From Eubacteriales bacterium (GTDB lineage: Bacteria; Bacillota; Clostridia; Christensenellales; CAG-138), in NCBI GenBank assembly GCA_035446965.1, contig DAOTGE010000007.1, positions 1,270-65,269 of the forward strand: a stretch of DNA of 64,000 bases, given 5' to 3'. A model generated the notes under the pieces. The model did not search any database, was not told the origin of the DNA, and saw only the letters and a program-made list of their open reading frames with translations. This document shows positions 46,302-53,290 of the stretch, piece by piece (positions within the stretch are counted from its first letter, which is position 1; the number at the start of each line of letters is the position of its first letter). The translations under genes were made by a program, and so were the position numbers.

Positions 46302-47065
46302 GACTGCTGGATGTAAAAAACCTTTGTGTGCGCTACGGCGAACTGACCATCCTCGACCGGGTGAGTTTTTCGCTGGAGGAAGGGCAGTGGCTCATGCTCG
46401 TCGGGCCGAACGGAGCGGGTAAAAGCACGCTCGTCAACGCAATTTCGCAGGGCGCGCCCTACACCGGCGAAATCCGCTTTGACGGAACGGACGTAAAGAA
46501 AATGCGACCGCAGGAGCTTGCGCAGAAGATCGGCGTACTCTCGCAAACGCATTTTGTCGGGTATGCGTTCACCGTCGGGTCGGTCGTCCGGCTCGGGCGG
46601 TATGCGTATTCGCCGGGCATATTCGGAGGCAGGCGCGAAGAGGACGAGGAGATGGTGCGGCGCGCGCTGGCGACGACCGGAATGGAGGAACTGGAACAGC
46701 AGTCTGTTCTGACGCTGTCCGGCGGCGAACTGCAGCGCACGTTCCTTGCGCAGATCTTTGCGCAGGACCCGCGGGTGCTGATCCTCGACGAGCCGACGAA
46801 CCACCTCGACCTCGTGTACCAAAAACAGGTATTTGCGCTGATCGGCTCCTGGCTGAAACAGCCGGGGCGGGCGGTGGTTTCCGTCGTGCACGATCTGAGC
46901 CTGGCAAAGGCATACGGCACGCATGCGCTGCTGCTTGAGCGCGGCAGAACGATTGCGCAGGGAGAAGCAAAAGAAGTTTTTTCGCCGGAGTATTTGGACG
47001 CGGCATACGGCATGGACGTTTCCGGATGGATGCGGAGCATGCTGGAGCAATGGAAAGAGGAATAG
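46298..47065 (+). CDS. ABC transporter ATP-binding protein (FecE/BtuD-like)
   Basis: Walker A GPNGAGKST, signature LSGGELQR, Walker B LILDEPTNHLD. ATGA overlap with the permease gene. Confidence 0.9.
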   Translation: MRLLDVKNLCVRYGELTILDRVSFSLEEGQWLMLVGPNGAGKSTLVNAISQGAPYTGEIRFDGTDVKKMRPQELAQKIGVLSQTHFVGYAFTVGSVVRLGRYAYSPGIFGGRREEDEEMVRRALATTGMEELEQQSVLTLSGGELQRTFLAQIFAQDPRVLILDEPTNHLDLVYQKQVFALIGSWLKQPGRAVVSVVHDLSLAKAYGTHALLLERGRTIAQGEAKEVFSPEYLDAAYGMDVSGWMRSMLEQWKEE

Positions 47066-47068
47066 CGA

Positions 47069-48106
47069 ATGGATTTTTTGGGACTGAACCGGCGGATGAC
47101 GGCGCCGGACGAAGCCGCCGTCAAGGCGGCGAAGGTGCACTGGGACGGAATTGCAAAGCCCGTCGGCAGTCTCGGCAGACTGGAAGAACTGGTGGTCAAA
47201 ATTGCCGGGATTCAGGGCACGGCCGCACCGGACATTGCAAAGCGGGCGGTGCTGGTGCTCTGCGCGGACAACGGCGTGCTCAAGCAGGGCGTTGCCTCCA
47301 CGCCGGGCGAGATTACCGCCGTGATGGCGGACTTTATTGCAAGAAAGCGTTCGGCGGTCGGCATTATGGCGGGAAAAGCGCATGCGGACGTGATTACGGT
47401 GGACATGGGCATGTTTCGCGCCGTCGATACGCCGGGCGTGCTTATGCGGCGCATCGCGCCGGGCACGGCGGACATGACGCAAGGGCCCGCCATGACGCGC
47501 GCGCAGGCGGAACAGGCGATTGCAGCCGGAATCGCGCTGGTGAAAGACTGCTGCGAACAGGGTTATAAAATCATCGCTACGGGCGAGATGGGCATCGGCA
47601 ACACGACGACTTCAAGCGCGATTGCCGCCGTGCTGACGGCGCGCGATCCTGCGGAAACGACCGGGCGCGGCGCGGGGCTGACCGACGACGGGCTGGTGCG
47701 CAAGCTCACTGCAATCCGCCGTGCAATCGAGGTCAGCAAGCCCGATCCCGAAGACGCTCTGGACGTATTGAGCAAACTCGGCGGATTCGACATCGCCGGA
47801 CTCTGCGGCGTTTTCCTCGGCGGCGCGCTGTACCGCATACCGGTGATTATCGATGGGTTTATCAGCGCGGTGTCGGCGCTCTGCGCGGCGCGCCTCTGCC
47901 CGAACGCCGCGAACTGCATGCTGCCGAGCCATACTTCGGCGGAGCGGGCGGCAAAGCCCGTCCTCGACGAACTGCGACTGCTTCCGATTTTGCATGCGGA
48001 CATGCGCCTCGGCGAGGGGACGGGCGCGGTCGCGCTGCTGCCGCTGCTGGACATGGCGCTGGCGGTCTACGACTCGCTTATGACGTTTTCGGATATCGGG
48101 ATGTGA
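47069..48106 (+). CDS. cobT: nicotinate-nucleotide--dimethylbenzimidazole phosphoribosyltransferase
   Basis: 345 aa. Motifs KPVGSLGRLEEL, GEMGIGNTT, GGFDIAGL, LGEGTGA. Confidence 0.92.
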   Translation: MDFLGLNRRMTAPDEAAVKAAKVHWDGIAKPVGSLGRLEELVVKIAGIQGTAAPDIAKRAVLVLCADNGVLKQGVASTPGEITAVMADFIARKRSAVGIMAGKAHADVITVDMGMFRAVDTPGVLMRRIAPGTADMTQGPAMTRAQAEQAIAAGIALVKDCCEQGYKIIATGEMGIGNTTTSSAIAAVLTARDPAETTGRGAGLTDDGLVRKLTAIRRAIEVSKPDPEDALDVLSKLGGFDIAGLCGVFLGGALYRIPVIIDGFISAVSALCAARLCPNAANCMLPSHTSAERAAKPVLDELRLLPILHADMRLGEGTGAVALLPLLDMALAVYDSLMTFSDIGM

Positions 48107-48639
48107 TGCGGATGGCAAACCGGATTCTGGTCACCGGCGGTTCCGGCTCGGGAAAGAGCACGTTTGCCGAAGCGCTTGCGCTGCGGCTGCCCGCGCCGCG
48201 CGTCTATCTTGCGACCATGCGCGTGTTCGGAACGGAGGAAAAAGCGAAAGTCGGGCGGCATAAAGCGCTCCGTGCTGGAAAGGGGTTCGTCACGATCGAG
48301 CGGGAGACCGATCTTCCCGGCGTCAGCCTGCCGGGCCGCGGGACGGTGTTGCTGGAGTGCATGTGCAACCTCGCCGCGAACGAGATGTTCGATTCCTGCG
48401 GGCAAATCCGGGACGCATACGAGACGATCCTTACCGGCGTGCTTTCACTGGAAAAACGGTGCGGCTCGCTGATCGTCGTGACCAACGACGTCGGCGGCGA
48501 CGGCGGGGAATACGCCGAAAGCACGATGAAATATGTGGAATTGCTCGGAAGGCTGAATGCTGCGCTCGCGGCGCGCTTTGAGTGCGTCTGCGAGATGGTA
48601 TGCGGCATTCCGCTCGTTTTGAAAGGAGATTTGCCATGA
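48103..48639 (+). CDS. cobU: adenosylcobinamide kinase/adenosylcobinamide-phosphate guanylyltransferase
   Basis: P-loop GGSGSGKS, a His-containing RHKALR segment, and C-terminal VTNDVG...GIPLVLKG. The start may be the GTG at 48103 or the ATG at 48106 or 48112. Confidence 0.88.
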   Translation: MMRMANRILVTGGSGSGKSTFAEALALRLPAPRVYLATMRVFGTEEKAKVGRHKALRAGKGFVTIERETDLPGVSLPGRGTVLLECMCNLAANEMFDSCGQIRDAYETILTGVLSLEKRCGSLIVVTNDVGGDGGEYAESTMKYVELLGRLNAALAARFECVCEMVCGIPLVLKGDLP

Positions 48640-49406
48640 GGGTGCTTCGCTCGATTGCGCTTGCGTTTTCCATGTTCTCGCGCGTGCCGGTGCCGCGCGT
48701 GGAGTGGAAGCCGGAGAACATGCGCTATGCGCTTGCCGCGCTGCCGCTGGTCGGCTGCTTCGTCGGCCTGGCGCTCTGGGGCTGGGCGTGGCTGAGCGGC
48801 GCGTTATCGTTTGGCAGGCAGCTGTTTGCGGCGGGCATGGCGCTGCTGCCCGTGCTGATTTCCGGCGGAATCCATCTGGACGGTTTCTGCGACACGGCGG
48901 ACGCGCTGGCAAGCTGCACCGCGCCGGAACGGAAACGTGAAATTCTGAAGGACCCGCACACCGGCGCGTTTGCGGTGATTGCGTTTTGCTGCTATCTGCT
49001 GGCGGACTTTGCGCTGTTTACCGAGGTGGCCGTTACGCCGCGCTCCATCCTTGCCGCCTGCCTGATTCCCGTAACGAGCCGAACGGCAGGCGCGCTGACG
49101 AGCGTATGCGCCAATCTGGCCGGAACGGGCCTGCTGCACGCGCTGCGCGGCGCGGCGGGGCACACGACGGCGACCATCGCGCTGAGCGTGTGGCTTGCGC
49201 TTTGCGCGGCGGGGCTGATCGTGCTTTCGCCGCTTTCCGGCGTTGTCATGACGGTGATTGCGGGGCTTTGCGCGTTTCTCGTTTTTCGGATGGGAGAAAA
49301 GCAGTTTGGCGGTATGAGCGGCGACCTTGTGGGATTTTTGATTCAGACGACGGAACTGATGATGCTTCTCGGGCTGGTACTGGCGCAAAAGGCGGCGGCG
49401 TTATGA
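48636..49406 (+). CDS. cobS: adenosylcobinamide-GDP ribazoletransferase (cobalamin synthase)
   Basis: Start at MRVLRSIALAFSMFSRVPVP after AGGAG. Polytopic, with HLDGFCDTADAL. Confidence 0.9.
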   Translation: MRVLRSIALAFSMFSRVPVPRVEWKPENMRYALAALPLVGCFVGLALWGWAWLSGALSFGRQLFAAGMALLPVLISGGIHLDGFCDTADALASCTAPERKREILKDPHTGAFAVIAFCCYLLADFALFTEVAVTPRSILAACLIPVTSRTAGALTSVCANLAGTGLLHALRGAAGHTTATIALSVWLALCAAGLIVLSPLSGVVMTVIAGLCAFLVFRMGEKQFGGMSGDLVGFLIQTTELMMLLGLVLAQKAAAL

Positions 49407-49747
49407 TTTTGGTAATTGGAAGCGCATCGTCCGGAAAACGCGAATATGTGAAATCCTTGGGATATTCCGACGCGGATATGGCAAACGGCGTGCTCGACGG
49501 GCGAAAAGTGGTGTATAATCTACAGAATATCGTGTTTCGTGCGCCCGAAGCCGCGCCGCAGTTGCTTGAAGCGCTGCTTCAAAAAGAAGTGGTTGTCTGC
49601 AACGAGGTCGGCAGCGGGATCGTGCCGATGACGCGGGAGGCCCGCGAAGCGCGCGAGGCCACGGGCAGGCTCTGCATCAATCTCGCGCAGCGCGCCGGGC
49701 GCGTCGTGCGGCTTGTCTGCGGAATCCCGGTGGTGATCAAGGAATGA
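49403..49747 (+). CDS. truncated CobU-like P-loop protein (114 aa)
   Basis: ATGA overlap with cobS. The N-terminus MILVIGSASSGKREY and the C-terminus VVCNEVGSGIVPM...RLVCGIPVVIKE align with the two ends of CobU, but the central ~60 aa are absent. Confidence 0.7.
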   Translation: MILVIGSASSGKREYVKSLGYSDADMANGVLDGRKVVYNLQNIVFRAPEAAPQLLEALLQKEVVVCNEVGSGIVPMTREAREAREATGRLCINLAQRAGRVVRLVCGIPVVIKE

Positions 49748-49757
49748 GGACGAATCG

Positions 49758-50393
49758 ATGGAATTGATTTTACTGCGGCATGGAAAGACGGCCGCAAATC
49801 TGGAAGGCCGCTATAACGGTCGCACGGACGACCCCCTCTGTGAAGAAGGAGCCGCCGAAGCGCGCGCGGCGAAAGCGTATCCCGATATCGGGGTCGTTTA
49901 CGTCAGCCCGCTTCTGCGGGCGCGGCAGACGGCTGAAATTTGCTTCCCGAACGCGGAGCAGATCGTGATTGACGATCTGCGCGAAATGGACTTCGGCGAT
50001 TTTGAAGGCCGCACGGCGGAGGAGATGCAGGAGGATCCGGCTTACCGGACGTGGGTTGCGGGTAACTGCACCGGCGTTTGCCCCAACGGCGAAAGCATCC
50101 CGATCTTTGCCGCGCGCGCGGCAAAAGCGTTTGGCCGGGTGGTGGACGACGCGGCGCGGCGCGGGCTGAAGCGCGCGGGCGTTGCGGTGCACGGCGGCGT
50201 GATCATGGCCGTGATGGACGCGTTTGCGCATGAAAACGTTCCGTATTTCGACTGGTATGTGCTTAACTGCGGCGGCTTTCGGGTTGAACTCGACGAAGCG
50301 AACTGGGCAAAGCAGCCGGGGTTTACTTCCTACGAGCGTTTCGGCGAGGCGGGGGACAGCCAGACGATGATTGAAGGGACAAACGAAAAGTGA
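49758..50393 (+). CDS. cobC: histidine phosphatase family protein, alpha-ribazole phosphatase-like
   Basis: LLRHGKT (RHG motif), a second His in VHGGVI, and the operon context. Confidence 0.8.
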   Translation: MELILLRHGKTAANLEGRYNGRTDDPLCEEGAAEARAAKAYPDIGVVYVSPLLRARQTAEICFPNAEQIVIDDLREMDFGDFEGRTAEEMQEDPAYRTWVAGNCTGVCPNGESIPIFAARAAKAFGRVVDDAARRGLKRAGVAVHGGVIMAVMDAFAHENVPYFDWYVLNCGGFRVELDEANWAKQPGFTSYERFGEAGDSQTMIEGTNEK

Positions 50394-51346
50394 AAACGCT
50401 TTTCAACCTCACGACCAGCGCGCCCGATCTGGAACGATTTGAAGACCGGCGCTCGCTGGTCGATTTTATGCGCGGTTTCGACGGCGTGGAACTGCTCGTC
50501 TGCGAAGAGGACAAAAAACAGATCGTGCCCGAAGAGTGCGTATTCGGCATCCACATGAGCTATTTTCCGTACTGGCTGGACTTCTGGCGCGGAGACGAAG
50601 CGGCGCTGCAAAAGGAGTTCGGTACGCTCGAAGACTGCGAGCGTTATTACGGCGGGACGGACAGAAGCGCGCTGCTGAAGCGGTTCCGCGCGGATTTGGC
50701 CGCCGCCGAGCGCTATCGGGCACAATACGTCGTGTTTCACGTTTCGGACGCGAGCATCGAAGAATCGTTTACCGGGCGGTACCGGCACACGAGCGGGGAA
50801 GTGATCGCCGCGGTCTGCGAACTGCTTGACGAGCTGTTTTCCGGCGCGGCTTACCGGCCTGCGCTGCTGCTCGAAAATCTTTGGCAGCCGGGACTGACGT
50901 TTACCGACCCCGCCGTCACGCGCGGACTTCTGGAAGGCGTTGCATACGAAAACACGGGTTTCATGCTTGACACGGGGCACCTTTTCCACACGAACGAATC
51001 GATCCGCACGCAGGAGGAGGGTCTTGCCTATATCAACGCGATGCTGGACGCGCACGGCGCGCTCTGCGAGCGAATCCGCGGCGTGCACCTGCATCAGTCG
51101 ATCACGGGTGAATACTGCCGCGCCGTGCGTGCAGACCCGCCCGTGCTGAAACCGACCTACGAAGAGCGCGCATGGCAGATGTTCGAGCATGCGTTCCGCG
51201 TCGATCTGCATCGTCCGTTCACCTGCCCGGGCGTGCGGGAGCTGATCGGGCGCATTTCGCCGGAATATCTGGTTTATGAATTCATCACGCAAAACCGCGG
51301 TCAGCACCGCGCGTTTTTGCAGGAACAAAAAGAAGCGCTGCGCTAG
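50390..51346 (+). CDS. xylose isomerase-like TIM-barrel protein (sugar phosphate isomerase/epimerase superfamily), function unknown
   Basis: GTG start overlapping the cobC stop (GTGA). Motifs YVVFHVSD, LLLENL, MLDTGH, HLHQS. Confidence 0.65.
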   Translation: MKTLFNLTTSAPDLERFEDRRSLVDFMRGFDGVELLVCEEDKKQIVPEECVFGIHMSYFPYWLDFWRGDEAALQKEFGTLEDCERYYGGTDRSALLKRFRADLAAAERYRAQYVVFHVSDASIEESFTGRYRHTSGEVIAAVCELLDELFSGAAYRPALLLENLWQPGLTFTDPAVTRGLLEGVAYENTGFMLDTGHLFHTNESIRTQEEGLAYINAMLDAHGALCERIRGVHLHQSITGEYCRAVRADPPVLKPTYEERAWQMFEHAFRVDLHRPFTCPGVRELIGRISPEYLVYEFITQNRGQHRAFLQEQKEALR

Positions 51347-51360
51347 GGCGTTTTTTTAGC

Positions 51361-51440
51361 CTGCAGGATGCGGTTTTGCCGCCCCCCGCTCAAGCGGCGC
51401 GTCCCCTGAAAATTTCCGAATTCCGCGCAGGAGTGCTGTA
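51361..51440 (-). repeat. repeat family C, copy C3 (inverted)
   Basis: The reverse complement gcgcggaattcggaaattttcaggggacgcgccgcttgagcgggggg aligns with the C1 5' part. Confidence 0.55.
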
Positions 51441-51518
51441 AAAAAGCGGGTTCTTAGGGCTCGGCCCTAAGCGGTGGTTTGGAGACGGGGCCTCCAACCA
51501 ACTTCCTTATCGGCAAGC
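51441..51518 (+). repeat. repeat family B, copy B2
   Basis: gggttcttagggctcggccctaagcggtggtttggagacggggcctccaaccaacttcctt. It abuts the terminator at 51519. Confidence 0.7.
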
Positions 51519-51552
51519 AAAACGCCGGCAGAATTCTGCCGGCGTTTTTTTG
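51519..51552. terminator. bidirectional intrinsic terminator
   Basis: cgccggcag-aatt-ctgccggcg followed by TTTTTTT, with an A-rich 5' flank. It lies between convergent genes. Confidence 0.85.
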
Positions 51553-51567
51553 CGTCACTGGATTGGG

Positions 51568-52101
51568 TTACGCTTCGATAATCTTTGCTTTCTGCAGTGC
51601 GAGCACCAGAATCGGGATGATGATAATCTGGATGATGATGCCGGGCAGCGCGGTGACGAACGCGGCGGTCGTCCAGACGGCAAGCGAGTATTCGCCCGCT
51701 TTGAAGATCAGCGCGTTGAGCACGCCGAAGGTGATGCGGCCGAGCAGCATGGCGGAAATCAGCGCGATGTAGATGTCCAGCAGCGGTTTGCCCGTCTTGA
51801 CGAACTGCTTGATCAGGCCGGATGCAAAGCCGTACACGGCGAGTTCGCAGACCATGCTCGGCACATACGCCATCGGCGGCATGCCGGTGAGCAGACTGGA
51901 GAGAATCGGCGCGAGCACGCCGCAGGCCAGGCCGTATGGCCAGCCGCAGATGATGCCGCAGAGCAGGACCGGGATATGCATCGGCAGAAAGATGCTTCCG
52001 GCGTTGGCGACGGAATGGAACGCAATCGGCAGTACGACGCCGAGCGCGAGGCAGAGTGCGGCGAGTACGAGCCGCTTGGTTTTGGTCATCGACTGAGACA
52101 T
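51568..52101 (-). CDS. ECF transporter S component (substrate unknown)
   Basis: Start at MSQSMTKTKR after GGGAGGA. About 6 TM helices with FLPMHIPVLLCGIICGWPYG.... Confidence 0.7.
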   Translation of the reverse strand: MSQSMTKTKRLVLAALCLALGVVLPIAFHSVANAGSIFLPMHIPVLLCGIICGWPYGLACGVLAPILSSLLTGMPPMAYVPSMVCELAVYGFASGLIKQFVKTGKPLLDIYIALISAMLLGRITFGVLNALIFKAGEYSLAVWTTAAFVTALPGIIIQIIIIPILVLALQKAKIIEA

Positions 52102-52270
52102 AATAAAAAATCCTCCCTGTACTATAAAAAAATCAGCCGCAAAGGCGCGGCCCGAATGCATCGGACCAGCAGCCTTCATGGCTGTATTCATCGTTTTTGA
52201 GAAATTGAAACCTGTTTGCTTACCTTCATGATAAGCGCTGCCGTTATTTTACGAAAGTATAGCGGCCCTG

Positions 52271-52708
52271 TCAAGAAAAAGCGCGGTTTTCGTCCGAACA
52301 GAATTTCACCGCTTCCTCGACCGCCTGGCAAAGCAGTTCCCTGATCGGCAGGTTTGCGGTGCCGACTATCGCGGTGCCGCAGAGGTTCATCGGAATCAGC
52401 AGCCGCTCCGCCGGGCTCTGCCCGACCGCCGCTGCCATTGCCGGGGAAATTTCACCCATCATAGAATCCGCAATTGCAATGCCGAGCGGGCCGACGATCA
52501 AACCCGCGGTGCGGCAGTTGACGACGACGGCGTTTTCGCCCGTGCCGCCGCGGTCTGCGCCCGCTTTCATCATTGTGCTGGTGGCGATGCTGTTGGTGCC
52601 GACGGCGACGATGTCCGCGCCCGGCATCCGCGCTTTGATGCCTTCGATGATCTGACGGCCGACGCCTCCGCCCTGGCCGTCGATTACGAGGATGATGCTT
52701 TGCTTCAT
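52271..52708 (-). CDS. DUF3842 family protein
   Basis: 145 aa. The VIDGQGGGVGRQIIE...VAVGTNSIATSTMMKAGA pattern is as I recall for DUF3842. Confidence 0.6.
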   Translation of the reverse strand: MKQSIILVIDGQGGGVGRQIIEGIKARMPGADIVAVGTNSIATSTMMKAGADRGGTGENAVVVNCRTAGLIVGPLGIAIADSMMGEISPAMAAAVGQSPAERLLIPMNLCGTAIVGTANLPIRELLCQAVEEAVKFCSDENRAFS

Positions 52709-52740
52709 GTTCCGGAGTTCCTTTCGGTTGCGCTGGAGAG

Positions 52741-52775
52741 ATCATACCATATTTTACAGGCCTGCGGACGTGCTT
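52741..52775 (-). promoter_or_regulatory. candidate extended -10 promoter for DUF3842/ECF-S genes
   Basis: Minus strand reads TGgTATGAT; the -35 is poor. Confidence 0.35.
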
Positions 52776-52820
52776 TTTTATGAGTCTGCACGAACGGACA
52801 CAAGCGCCGGGCTGCGGCGG

Positions 52821-53009
52821 CTACTGCGCGGCCAGCTTGCCGACCAGCCACAGAAAGAGCAGCACGCTCAATACGGTCACAATGATTTTCAGCCAGCCGC
52901 CGTCCTTTTTTCCGCCGCCGTTTCCGCCGCCGGAGCCGCGTTTCTGCGCCTCCATATACTGGATGTACCCTTCGAGCTTTTTGCCGAAGTAGCCATAGTC
53001 GTCGTTCAT
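52821..53009 (-). CDS. hypothetical small membrane-anchored protein (62 aa)
   Basis: Start at MNDDYGYFGKK after GGGAGG. A Gly-rich segment is followed by one C-terminal TM helix. Confidence 0.5.
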   Translation of the reverse strand: MNDDYGYFGKKLEGYIQYMEAQKRGSGGGNGGGKKDGGWLKIIVTVLSVLLFLWLVGKLAAQ

Positions 53010-53290
53010 GCGAAACCTCCCGGCAGGTGTTGGTAAAGGCGTGCTGAAGACAGGATTTTCAGTCAAGGTCATTATAACATGCAAAAACACCGGTTCACCG
53101 CCGGATTTGCACGGCAAAAGATCGATTTGTCGGCAAACAGCACACCACAGTGTTTAAACAGCGGTTTATTATAGAATAAACGGTGGGGGAAGACACCCTG
53201 CCGAAGCAAATCTCCGCGCTGTGCCGCTTTAATCGGTACGTCGCATTTTAAATCAAGCGGAAATTATAAATAAAACAGGAGGAAACCCAA

